A stretch of 64,000 nucleotides of DNA from the human T2T-CHM13v2.0 reference genome, Homo sapiens, in the NCBI RefSeq assembly GCF_009914755.1, contig NC_060945.1, one strand, 5' to 3'. The translations under genes and the position numbers were made by a program. Below are positions 12,321-24,830 of the stretch, piece by piece. Within the stretch, counting starts at the first letter, position 1, and each line of letters begins with the position of its first letter. The notes below the pieces were generated by a model. That model saw only the letters and a list, made by a program, of their open reading frames with translations. It searched no databases and was not told where the DNA came from.

Positions 12321-12391
12321 TAGGCTGGTGCAAAGGTAATTGTGATTTTTGACATTAAAAGTAATTGCAGAAACTGTAATTACTTTTGCAC
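12321..12391. mobile_element. MADE1 (Hsmar1-derived MITE)
   Basis: taggctggtgcaaaggtaattg...gtaattacttttgcac, a palindromic match to the MADE1 consensus, slightly truncated at one end. Confidence 0.85.
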
Positions 12392-12882
12392 TTTACATGA
12401 TGCAAATGCATGAACCTTAAGAGAAATTGTATATTCTCTTCACTTTGTATTTCCATAAACATGGCCCTCTAGCATGCATCTCATATTTGTACATATTATT
12501 GAATATGTCTCCTTTGAAATGTTGAATTTCCCTTACTTTGACTGTATCAATATGTTCATTTTAAAAATCAAAATCTCTTACAAATTTCAGTGCTTGAAGT
12601 GATCCTCAATATCTGTCCTCAATCCATATCCCAAGCAAAATTGCCTTTGGGGCCTTCCTAAATTATTTTTCTTTCTCTTTCTAATTGCTTCATTCTCTTT
12701 CATTGTAATGGTTCTTTTATTCTCAGCCTTATAACCATGCTCAATCTTCTTCAATCCAAAAATTTTAAATAGTGCCATTTTCTCTATGATTATATAGCTC
12801 TTCTTATTTTATATCAGAATTATCTAAAGAGGTATGGAATCAGCTTGTCAGCTACCTCACTTTTTATTCTCTTTTCAATAAC

Positions 12883-13270
12883 TGATATGATTAGGCTTTG
12901 TGTCCCTGGCCAATTCTCATTTTGAATTGTAATTGCAATAATCCCCAAAATCCCCGTGTGTCAAGGGAATTACCAGGTGGAGGTAATTGAATCGTGGGGG
13001 CAGTTTCCCCCATGCTGTTCTCCTGATAGTGAGTGAGTTAGCACAAGATTTGATGGTTTTATAAGGGGCTCTTCCCCTTTCACTCAGCACTTCTCCTTCC
13101 TGCCGCTTTGTGAATAAGGTGCCTTGCTTCCCCTTCGCCTTCCACCATGATCGTAAGTTTCCTGAGGTCTCCTCAGCCATGCTGAAGTATGAGTCAATTA
13201 AATCTCTTTCCTTTATAAATTACCCAGTCTTGGACAGTTCTTTACAGCAGTATGAAAATGGACTAATACA
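12883..13270 (+). mobile_element. THE1/MST (MaLR) solo LTR
   Basis: tgatatg...ggactaataca ends; 5-bp TSD ataac/attac. Confidence 0.92.
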
Positions 13271-13953
13271 ATTACCATCTTGTTTCTGTCTGGTTTAAAA
13301 CTCTTCTGGAATTGCTCTGACATGGTCAGCAGTAGCCTCAATGCTGCCATACGTGATGTACATTTTTAGGATTATCCCATGTGAACATTTAACCATATTC
13401 AACACAGGCGACTATGTCCTTAACCTTAAATCTTGTTCATCTATATACTTCCATGAGATTACAGTTCTAGTCTTCTATCTAACTTTCACCTAATTCTTTG
13501 TTACTATTAGTTGGATTTCTTTCATAATATTCCTTAAGACTTGGCGCTGATCCCTGGACATATTCTCTCTATAGAGGAGACATCTCCCTTCCATGGCTTC
13601 AAATACCATCCATATTCTGTGACACTGAAATATTCAAATTATCTTTCCAGTCTGTATAGTTTTTTCTTTTTTAATTCTAGACCTAAATACCCAAGTACTT
13701 CTTGCCATTCCACTTAAAGGTTTCATAAGGGTGTTGAACTTCTATGTGTATGACATTGAACTTTTGCTCTTCTCTTGTGAGGCAGAAACATTTTTTGTTT
13801 CCTATTAGTAAACTGCATTTCCACCTATCTAGTTGTTTAACTGAGACAATTTGGAATCCTCCTAACATACGCAATCTACCCTGAGGATTGGCCATTTTCT
13901 TTCCCAAATCTGTCTTACATTTATCCAGTCCTATTACTGCTTTCTGTGTAGTT

Positions 13954-14167
13954 CAGGATTTCTCACCCTTGGTACCAGGGGCATTTAGGGCTGGATAGTT
14001 TTTTGTTGTGGGGAGATATCCTGTGCATTGTAAGATAGTTGGCAGTATTCTTGGCGTCTACCCACTAGATGCCAGTAGCACAACTCCCCCTTAAAATTAC
14101 AATTAAGAATGTCTCTGAAAATTGCCTAGGGGAGAGAGCAAAATTAGCCCTGGAGGAAAGGCATTGT
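13954..14167 (+). mobile_element. MER20 (hAT-Charlie)
   Basis: ttgttgtgggg...tcctgtgcattgtaagat...tctacccactagatgccagtagcac matches MER20. Confidence 0.85.
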
Positions 14168-14286
14168 CCTAGTCCAAGGTAGTCTCCTTTCTTGGTGGAA
14201 CAACCAAAAATAATGTCCAAGATTCTCTGCCTCTCTTTTTAAAAAAAAAATTGTCTCCTCCAGTCTTTCTTCTACACTCCTGCCTG

Positions 14287-14545
14287 ATTTTTTCTTTCAT
14301 TCTTTCTTTTCTTTCTTTCTTTTCTTTCTTTCTTTTTCTTTCTTTCTTCCTTTTTCTTTCTTTTCTTTCCTTTCTCTCTCTCCTTCATTCTTCCTTTCTT
14401 CTTTCTTTCTTCCTTCCTTCCTTTCTTTCTTTTCCTTCCTTCCTTCTTTCCCCTTTCCTTTTTCCTTTACTGTTCCTATTCTTTTTCCTTTCCTTTTTCC
14501 TTTCCTTTCCTTTCCTTTCTCCTTTCTTTTCTTTGCCATTTTTCT
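14287..14545. repeat. CT-rich polypyrimidine low-complexity tract ((TTTC)n/(TTCC)n)
   Basis: Direct inspection. Confidence 0.95.
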
Positions 14546-16375
14546 GCCTGATCTGAAAACAAAAATCTGGTCATTTCACTTTCCTGATTACAACTTCCTG
14601 GTTGACTTACCGTACATTGAGGATGAAACAAATCCTCTATATGATCTGTAAAGCTGTGTAATTGAGTCCCTGCTCATGTCTCTGACTTCATCTTCATACA
14701 GTGTTCTTTGTCTTTCTCACAAACACACTGGTCTTTGTTCCACACTAAAGTATCTCAAGCTTTTTCCTAATCCAAGGACACACTCTTCTCTCTGCCTTGA
14801 ATGTTTTTTCTTCATCTGGATGAAAATAATTAAGCCTTTTCTCACCTCAATACATTATATCTCAAGATAAAGTAGGTTCTCCTGTTGTGATTTGTAATTT
14901 ATCTCTGTACTTAATTCTAATATTTAAAAAAATTGTTTATTTCTTAGACTGTCTTCTAGACTAGAGCAGTGCTACTAGACAAACCAGTCCATGACAGTTC
15001 ACCAATTGGCCATAAGTTAAGTGTGTATATCAATATGCAAATGAATGCATGGCTACCTTCCTTAAGAAGTCTTGCATGATTAACAATTTCAGCTTAAGGA
15101 AATCATATGTCAAATATACCTGCTTTACCCTGTACCCTGATCTATGATCCACTCTTTGAATGACACATCTCTGAATTGTAATATCTAAAGTTGAGTTGGA
15201 GGCAAATACTATCTGTGTTCTTTCTTATTTGACATTAAATTCTCAGCTCAAGAGTAGTCAAAGTTGTTGTTCAATAAATACTTAATGATAAACTAGATAA
15301 TTACTGGTTTTATCATTGCTGAATATCTCCTATCTTATCCTGTTCCTAGACCTCTAAACTCCTCTTGAATGCTTTACAACAGTAAACTCAGAGGAGTCTC
15401 AACTGCCCTCTTAATCAGTACCACCTGGCCCAGACTTGCTTCTATTCCTTTGCACCCTAACTTAGCTATAATAGACCATCTATAGTCTGAATACTAAATA
15501 AAGACTTGTTAAACTGAACCATCCTGTCCAATTTTTTTAATATAGCAAAGTGAAATTTGAAAGCTAGAGAGATTCATTTCAAGTCAATTCAGCAAGCATG
15601 CAGTGAAGTGTAGGCATTGTGGTGAGAGGTGAGAATAGGGAGGTGAGTGAGAGATAGCCCTATCCCTGAAGGAAGCATGTCTTAATCTTTCTCTGGAAAA
15701 TGAGTGGAAGTATGTTAATAGAAGATAAGTGACTTTAGAGAAAGTGTGTCGTAGTCCATTAAATTCAATCACTTTTGCTGTTCTTTCAGACCCTGAAGCT
15801 ACTAGTCAAAGCTAAATAGAGTCTTAGATCCTTTGCATTTACATATCCTGAATTATTTTGAATCTTGTTAGTGTTTTATGTAGAAAAATAGTAATTCTTG
15901 GATTAAAAATTATTGTAGGCTATACGATTTTTTCCCTGCTTGTAGAAAGTTGGCTGTCCTTGCTCTGACTTTACACACTGCTTCTGACAAAATCAACAGC
16001 CAAGCTATCCAAATAGTAATTCGTCATAGTAAAAATCATGCAACTTCAGTAAGCCAACAACTTAAAAAAGCTCAAGGAAAAACTGTTTATACTTGAATTC
16101 CTTAAAAGATTACTTTATTAAATAATAGCATTTCTGTCACATTGTAAACTAACGAGCACATGAAATACCCCCTAATTTCTATTACATATAATTTCAATTT
16201 TCAGACATAAATTTTTAGTGTAGTTTCTCAATTTTTTTTTTTTATCATATAATGGTGACAGAACCTGTCTCTCTAAGAGAAACGAACTAGTTTATGGTCA
16301 ACCAGTTCGTAAAACGGCGTTTGTGGAGATGAATATGAGGGAAAGCAGCATTTCCTGGCAGTGTATGAAGAGGCA

Positions 16376-16770
16376 TTAAGCCAATTTGTAGAAGCCATGC
16401 CTGTACATTGGTCTATAGCAAGTTGACAGGCTTTTCTTAGTAGAGAAGTAGTTTGGGTGGCAAGAAGCTGGGACCGTAATTCAAGCTTTGGGTACTACTG
16501 GGTCTATAACTTAAAGATTGGAATCCATTGAATTCATAGCCTAGAAAGCACCCTGTGGTAGAAAGCATGATGTATGTCTGCCGGAGGGCTTATAGTAGCT
16601 CATCTGAGAGTCTTACAGAGAGACCCGTCTTGGTGGAAACTAGAAAAGCAGAGGTCAGTGGGGTGGACCAAGTAGCTGGGGTAAGAAGAGACACAGGATT
16701 AGACCGAGTAGACCAAGAGTTCCCCAAGTGAGCAGGAAAAGAAGTTTCCAGTGTAGCAGCTTAATGTGTG
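16376..16770 (-). pseudogene. KRTAP13/PMG-family pseudogene (probably KRTAP13-6P; name from recalled gene order only)
   Basis: Minus strand reads HTLSCYTGNFFSCSLGELLVYSV*SCVSSYPSYLVHPTDLCFSS...LGYEFNGFQSLSY...(frameshift)CHPNYFS...TCYRPMYRHGFYKLA*; no ATG, stop at 16699-16701; AATAAA at 16114-16119. Confidence 0.85.
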
Positions 16771-17354
16771 ACTGCTGTATCTGATTCACTTTTTATTAGT
16801 GTCAAAGGGTGTGTAAATGTCACCTTATTGCCTAGAAACTTATGTGCTCTGACCCTGTGGTTATGATGTTTTAGATGCCCAGCTTTACTATTCTTCTGCC
16901 TTACAATTTGACTAAGAATATCTCCTTAGTGTGTTGTCCAATTTCAGCTGAATAGATTAACACCATCATAAATATGCATACCTGTGTTTTATAACCAAAA
17001 GCCAGTTTACTGTCAGTCTTGGACTTCAGATGATTGTTGCATGGTCAAAGCAATTGGTCAATCATTGGCAGATTAATTTTTGACTGAGAGGATCACTTAG
17101 AGGATGCTGAGATATAGCTATTTTTTTTCCTCCCTGCTTAAAGTTTTATATTTTGTTGTGATTCTTTTCTCGGTCATTCCTGATATGGTTTGCCATATTA
17201 CCAAGCGCATGTTTATGTTTACTAACAACTAATATAAGAGGTAGAAATGATCATGATACTCTAAAAAAGTTGAAAAACTTTTATTAAAAAAAAATTCTAC
17301 TTGACTCTCTTTACCAGCTGGATGGGTATAGAATGCCTTATATAAGGGGACTTA

Positions 17355-17747
<393 letters not shown>

Positions 17748-19334
17748 TTAGGGACTGCGTTTATAAGCAGTAAAACAGATACGAAATTATTTTCTTCAAG
17801 CACCTTGAAAATTGCTGAACAAATAAAAAGTTCCAAAGTAATGTTGTAGATAGTCACATTTCCTTATTATGAGAGAGGGGAAATTACATCTACAGATGAG
17901 CCTAGATAAAGCAATGTGGTGGCCTGGAGAAGAGCAGACATTGGTGAGGACAAGAAATTAATGGCAAAGAAATGGGTCTAACCAGAAACATCATAGAATA
18001 AAATAAATTTTAAAAAATGGATACAAAAAAACATTAAGGGAATGGTGACTTAGGTTACACCCAGGATAAAAATATAAAGGAAATAAAGTAAAACACACTT
18101 TTTTTTACATATGTATGATGTTTGGGAGGGAATGAATTACAGTATTGTGCACTCTAGTGGATATGTTAAATGTTTTGAAATTGACATGTGTACCGCGTAA
18201 ATGTTTAGGAGCTTCTAAACATTTAAAATGTGCCAAACAACTAATACATGTTGTTAAATACTAAACATATTTTAAAGGTATAAAATGTGCTAAATATTTA
18301 TAATTTCTAAACGTTTAAAACATTTTCAGCAAAAAATGTTTAGAAATATGTTTAGGATAAATATTTCATTTTAGTGTGCATAAAAGAATATGACGTGTAT
18401 GGCTTACTCGAAGCACCCATGTGCATTTAGTTTTTGGCCACAAGTTGCATACATTTATAGTCTAATAATAGTTAACATTTATGGAGTGATTTCTATACTC
18501 AAGGAATTCTTCCGGCTGCTTCACATATCCTATCATTTGCCTCTCATCGTAACCCCATGATCAAATTTCTATCATTCATGATCTCTCTTTAACATTTAAG
18601 GAAACTAATTTTTTGAGAGGTTCTATAATGTTTACAGGGCAAATAGCTGGTGTTAGAGTTGGGAATTCAGATATATAAATATATATGGTGCTTCTTCAGG
18701 ATTTACATGCTTTGACAATTTAAATGGGTTCAATCTCACAGCAGGCAGAGTAATGTGCAGGTAAAAAAATACATTATTAACTAAATGCTTAAATCTTCTA
18801 AGGAATGTTTCTAAAGCACAAAAACTGAGAAGATCCTGGAAGTGTAGAAACCAAAGTGGGGACCCTGAGCATGACATTCTGATGATTAAGCACTCCTATT
18901 ATCTGGAGGACAGCATGGGAGACCAGGCAAAACTTGGGATATCAGTTGGTTACTAGACCTAGCAGCCCTGACTCCTCTGTCTTTTTAAGCAGGTTGATCC
19001 TTACAAACTATTTACCTTCCACTAGAACTATCCTAGATCTTCTTTCATTTTAGGAAGATTGTTACTGTTAGTAATCAAGTTCTGACTTACCAAAGACACG
19101 TAGCCACTCAGGAATCATATGCCTATTAACAGGCAGGACTCCTTTGGACAGTATCAATTCTACATGATTTCAGCAACTTGAGGGCAATGCACCTTCATTT
19201 TCTATCCATATTGGAAAGGCTTTAAAGTTCAGCCAGCAAAGATGATAACTTATGGTGTCCATTCATTTTGAGTTTCAAGACCATCGTTAAGCTACGTCTT
19301 GTTTGTCATCCCCAACAGAACCATAGTAGATGTT

Positions 19335-19445
19335 CACTATTTGGGTAATGGATACACTAAAAGCTCAGACTTCACCACTATGCAAAATATGCATGTAAGA
19401 AATTTGCATGTGTACCATCTAAAAATATAAAAATTAAAAAAAAAA
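19335..19445 (+). mobile_element. L1MA 3'-end fragment
   Basis: gggtaatggatacactaaaagctcagacttcaccactatgc...A-rich tail. Confidence 0.75.
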
Positions 19446-20088
19446 CAATGGTGATGTAGTCATGATTATCTGTTGCCATCAAGAATAGAATGTGTTAGTT
19501 ATGCTGGTAGTCTAATGGGTGCCTAGTGGCATTCTGTTTTAATGTTGGTTTTTTTCTAACTTTTTAGTAGCTCTCATTATATACTGCAGTAATTAATAGG
19601 GGTTTGCCCAGAATAGTATTTCAACAGGTAAAAGATTACTTTAAAAAAGGTTTATGCATTTGTTTATTTTTCTACCTGTTTTACTCAGACTGAACATAAC
19701 AATCAGTTAAAATTTAGAAAAGCAAATATGTTTATTTAGTTACAAGTAAACTTTATTACACAAAATTTATTTTTAGCCATAGTTGAAAAAACAACAATTT
19801 ATTTGCTTATACTCGAAATAGCAATGCCCTATGGGAATCTCAGTAATGCCGATCAAAGTCCTTTCTATGCTTTTCCTGCTTGCTAAAAGGAGACTAATAT
19901 GTGAACACTGACAAACGTATGAGAATCATATATTGAGGGGAATGTGCTCAGAAAACAAAGATGTGCTCAAAGGACAAAGATGTCTGAGGCACAGTACCTT
20001 CAAGAAATTCAAAATCTAAAAGCTCATACTCTATATAATTATCATATATTTCTTATAATAGACTTATGATTTATTTTCATAAATATTT

Positions 20089-20204
20089 TCACTTCTCAGA
20101 TTATTTCACTTCTCAGATAAAGATATATTTATCACTTCTCAGATAAAGATATAGAGATATATTAATATTTTCACTTCTCAGATAAAGATATAGAGATATA
20201 TTAA
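20089..20204. repeat. Stepwise tandem repeat of TCACTTCTCAGAT(AAAGATAT) (4 copies)
   Basis: Copies start at 20089, 20106, 20132, 20171; the last two share an identical 34-bp unit. Confidence 0.9.
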
Positions 20205-21659
20205 GTAATTTGTTAAAAAATTATTTTAACAAAAAGTTATAAATCCAAAAAGTGAGACTAGTTCTGTCTGTCTGCAGATATTTCATTATTCATCCCTACT
20301 TTCTGTGTTTGTTAAGCCATGATATAAGGCTAACAAATGCTGAGGATAAAATGTATGACACAGGTGAGGTGATTTTATTATTAAGCTCCTTAGCACTTAA
20401 AACTCCTCAGAAGAAGGACGAAAGTGGAGGGAAAGAATAGACTATCCCAGACAGAGTACTAATGCAAATGACAGAAGGTAGGGAGTAGAAAAACAAACGG
20501 CAGATCATTTTAGGATCCATAACTGTATTATTTTCTTGTCTAGAATTTTAAAATAAAACCTTGCTGAGTAGAATTCCATCTCATGGCTTCAGTAAATGTA
20601 GGCTTCTGTACAAAACGTTACTCTCCATGTGTTCACAATTGATTAAGATAACATTTCTGCATCATTTTCCCCAGAATGAAGTTTGCAGCTCCCAAGGATG
20701 TACTAAATGTGGTTGACTGTTTTTCCTGTTCTCTCTAGTGTAATAATAGACCATGGTAAATTACCCTAAGATTGTCAAAGCTAAAGCATTTTTCAAATTT
20801 GGTTTATAAGCTGGAGAATATGAACAGCCAATGGCACCTCTTCACCTTACAATATCTGTAGAACACAGACAGTGAAGTCTCTGGAATCAATTTTATAGTC
20901 AAGACATTAACCTTTGTGGTCATTTGCCCAGCAGAAAGAGTAAGCTGTTAAAAAACACAAAATCAGCCACTATTCACCTCTTTTTATGATTATGAGTGTG
21001 TTAACAGCTTTCCCTTCAATTACATGACTAGGGTTATTTTGCCAGTAAAGTACCAAAAAGATAATATATACCAGAAGCAAATTTAGATATTGTCTCTTTG
21101 CAGAAATGCCCTGAAATGAGGGCAATCACTCATTACTTTGAGTATAGATTTTAACTAAAATTTGTTTGACTGAAAATTACAATATTATCTAGCCCAAAGA
21201 AACTTGGGAAAAACAGTGTTGTGTTTCTTTCAACTCCACTGTCCAGAAGAAGAAAACTAGAATTCTCCCTCTCATTCTTTTGGAAAGTCATAAAACACTT
21301 GAGCATATTAACAAACTTTTAAAAAGGATAAAAACAAATCTGATTAATGTGGTTAGCCCAAATTAATCATATAAATATAAACTTTGTATCCAATCTATTA
21401 ATATTTCTTAAAACCAGTGTCTCAAGCAATTAACATTTGAGGAGAAGGGCTTTAGTCATTTGAGATTGGAATGGAATGGTATTACTGGTATAGTTCAGGA
21501 AACAAACTGGAGATTAAAGGGATACCTACTAAAATAGGTGGCAAACATTAAAGAAAAGAAAAAACTTAGGGCAATTTCTAATTCTTTGACTTTGCTCACT
21601 ACTTCTATAGCTACCCTTACTAGATTAAGAACTTCCTATATCAGTAACTACATCTTCTT

Positions 21660-23437
21660 CAATAACAATCAAGCTGAGAAACGAATCATCAACTCAATTC
21701 CATTTACAATAGCTACAAAAATAACTAGGAATACATTGAACCAAGAAGGTAAAAGAGCTCTACAAGGAGAACTATAAAACACTAATGAAAGAAATCATAG
21801 ATGATACAAACAAATGGAAGAGCATCCTATACTCATGGATTGGCAAAATCAGTATCATTAAAATGACCTTACTGCCCAAAGCAACCTACAGATTCAGTGC
21901 AATTCCTATCAAATAACAACATCATTTTAATAGAATTATGAAACCTAAACTTCATGTGGAATCAAAAAAGAGCCCCAATATCCAAAGCAATCCTAAGTAA
22001 AAAGAACAAAGCTGGGTCATCACATTTCTTGATTTTAAATTATACTACAAGGCTATAATAAACACAACAGCATAGTACTGTATAAAACTAGACAAATAGA
22101 TCAATGGATCAGAATAGAGAACACAGAAATAAAGCCAAATACCTAAAATCAACTGATCTTTGACAAAGTCAACAAAAATATACACAAGGGAAAGGACACC
22201 CTGTTCAATAAATGGTGCTAGGGAAACTGGATTGTCATATGCAGAAGAATGAAATTGAATCCATATCTTTCACTGTATACAAAAATTAACTCAAAATGGA
22301 TTAAAAACTTAAATGTAATATCTGAAACTATAAAAACCCCAGAAGAAAATGTAGGAAATCTCTTCTAGACATTGACCTAGGCAAAGAATTTATGACTAAG
22401 ACCGCAAAAGCAAATGCAACAAAAACAAAAATAGACCAATGGGACTTAATTAAACTGAAAAGCTTCTGCACTCCTAAAGAAACTGTCAACAGAGTAAACA
22501 GACAACTTACAGAATGGGAGAAAATATTTGAAAACTATGTGCCCACAAAAAGACTAATATCTAGAATCCACAAGAAGCTCAAACAACTCAACAAGAAAAA
22601 AAAAAAAAACCACTATCAAAAAGTGGGCAAAGGACATGAACAGACATTTTTCCAAAGAAGACATACAAGCAGCCAACAAACGTGGAAAAATTCTCAACAT
22701 CATTAATCATTAGAGAAATGCAAATTAGAACCACATTAAGATACCATCTTACAGTAATAAGAATGGTTATTAAAAAGTCAAAAAACAACAGATGTTGGCA
22801 AGGATGCAGAGAAAAGGGAACACTGTTGGTAGGAATGTAAATTAGTACAAACTTTATGGAAAACAGTATGAAGATTCCTCAAAGAGCTGAGAATAGAACA
22901 CCATTTGATCTAGCAATCCCATTATTGGGTGTCTACACAAAGAAAAAGAAATTGTTATATATATTAAAATCCCCTGCACTGGTATGGTTATCATAACACT
23001 ATTCACCATTGCAAAGTCATGGAATCAGCCAAAGTGTCCATCAATGAATGACTGAATTTTAAAAAGTGATATATAAATGCAATGTGATACTACTCAGCCA
23101 TAAAAAAGAATAAAATTGTGTCTTTTGCAGCAAAATAGATGGAAATGGAAGCCATTATCCTAAGTGAAATGACTAAGAAACAGAGTCAAATACCACATGC
23201 TCTCACTTATTATTGCGAGCTAAACAATGTGTATACCTGGATATACAGAGTGGAATAATTGACTTTGGAGACTCCAAAAGTTGGGAGATTGGGAGAGGGG
23301 TGAGGGATGAAAAATTACCTACAATATAAACTATCTGAGTGATGGATATACTAAAAGCCTGGAGTTCACACTACGTAATATATTCATGTAACAAAACTGC
23401 ATGTTTACCCTTAAATCTATAAAAATAAAATAAAATA
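21660..23437 (+). mobile_element. L1MA-type LINE-1, 5'-truncated (ORF2 3' part + 3'UTR)
   Basis: Disrupted ORF2 peptides ([22 protein letters not shown]), L1MA-type 3' end and A tail. Confidence 0.92.
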
Positions 23438-23905
23438 GAACTTTAGAACAGAAGAGTTTCCATACATCAATAACTGCATCTTCTCACTTTAGTTAACAGA
23501 CTTTAGTATTCTTATACTAATCTTCCAGAAATGCCAACTAAAAACCTTATAACACATCTTACTAATGAATAATCTACTTATGTTCTCCACACGTGACTAA
23601 CTTTTGTTAAACTTAAAAAAAAAATCATAGGCTCACATGAAGTTGTACAAATAGTACCTAGAGTCCCTTCACACAGCCTCCTGCAATATTGCCAACTTAT
23701 TTAACCATACTACAAAATCAAACCTAGGAAATTGACACTGGTGCCATGTTGTTCGCTAGACTACAGACCTTATTGAGTTTTGCTGGTTTATACATGTACT
23801 CATTTGTGTTTGTATCTGTATGGTTCAATGTAATTTATCTAATGTATAGATTAGTGTAACCACTACCACAGTCCAGAAGAAAAATTCTTCCATTTATGAT
23901 TAACA

Positions 23906-24058
23906 TTTTTTCTTTTTTTTTTAGAGACAGGGTCTTGCTTTGCTGCCTAGGCTGGATTGCAATGGTGCAATCAATAGCTCATTGCAGCCTGGAACTCCTG
24001 GCTTCAATACTCCCGCCTCAGCTTCCCAAGGAGCTGGGACTACAGGCATGCACCATGT
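23906..24058 (-). mobile_element. Partial Alu (single arm, AluJ/FRAM-like)
   Basis: Poly-T + agagacagggtcttgc...gctgggactacaggcatgcacc. Confidence 0.8.
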
Positions 24059-24341
24059 GTATGAATTACAATGTTCATGTAATGAGGCAGAAATATGAGC
24101 CACATATTTTGTCCTTTTATATTTATAAAATGTTTAATTTAGTTATATATGAAATTAAAAATGGAAGCTTGTGTTTTCTAGACAACAACACTAGACAGTA
24201 ATGCAGCATTTGAGGTGAGTGGTGCAAGTGGTGGTATAGAGCAGAAAGAAAGATCAAGTCAAAATACGACACATTTATGTAATTATGTCATTTTTTCCCC
24301 AAGTCACAAGTAGAAGCAGTGCCATTAGAAATGTCAAAATT

Positions 24342-24830
24342 TTGGATGAACCTGGAGGACATCATGCTAAGAGAAATAAGCCAGACACAGAAAGGAAAAT
24401 ACTACATGATGTCATGTATGTAGAAATCGAAACTAGTTAAACTCACAAAAGCAGAGACTAGACTGGTAGCTGTCAGGGCCTGGGCGGAGGGTAAATTGGG
24501 AGGGTGTTGGTCAAAGGGTAAAAAGTTTCAGTTATGCAGGACAATTAAGTTCTGGATATCTAATGTATAGCAATGTGACTGTAGTTAACAATATTGTATC
24601 GTATACTTAAAATTTGCAGAAAGGGTAGACCTCAGTGTTCTTGCCATAGTCAAATGATCAATCAAATGGAAACTGAAATTATAACTATATTAATTACCTT
24701 GACTGTGACAATTTCACAATATGTGTATATATTATATACAGTGTGTGTATCTCAAAACATCAATTTTTACTCCTTAAATTTATATAATTTTTGTAGACTA
24801 TACCTCAGTAAAGATGAGAAAAAGAAAAAA
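24342..24830 (+). mobile_element. L1M 3' fragment
   Basis: tggatgaacctggaggacatcatgctaag...gccagacacagaaag...; 3' end with A tail. Confidence 0.8.

Larger units (their letters stand above)
13290..14830. mobile_element. Degraded L2 fragments (flanking MER20 and the CT-rich tract)
   Basis: L2-like motifs (ccatggcttcaaatacc, tttcctattagtaaactgcatttccacc, cacactggtctttg). Confidence 0.5.

Noticed and set aside
14251-14556. Phe/Leu/Ser-rich 'membrane' ORFs and Lys/Arg/Glu-rich ORFs (also 34158-34537)
   Set aside because: Translations of CT-rich simple repeats
20089-20204. Repeat-spacer appearance resembling a CRISPR array
   Set aside because: Human DNA; the 'spacers' are extensions of the repeat itself and there are no cas genes
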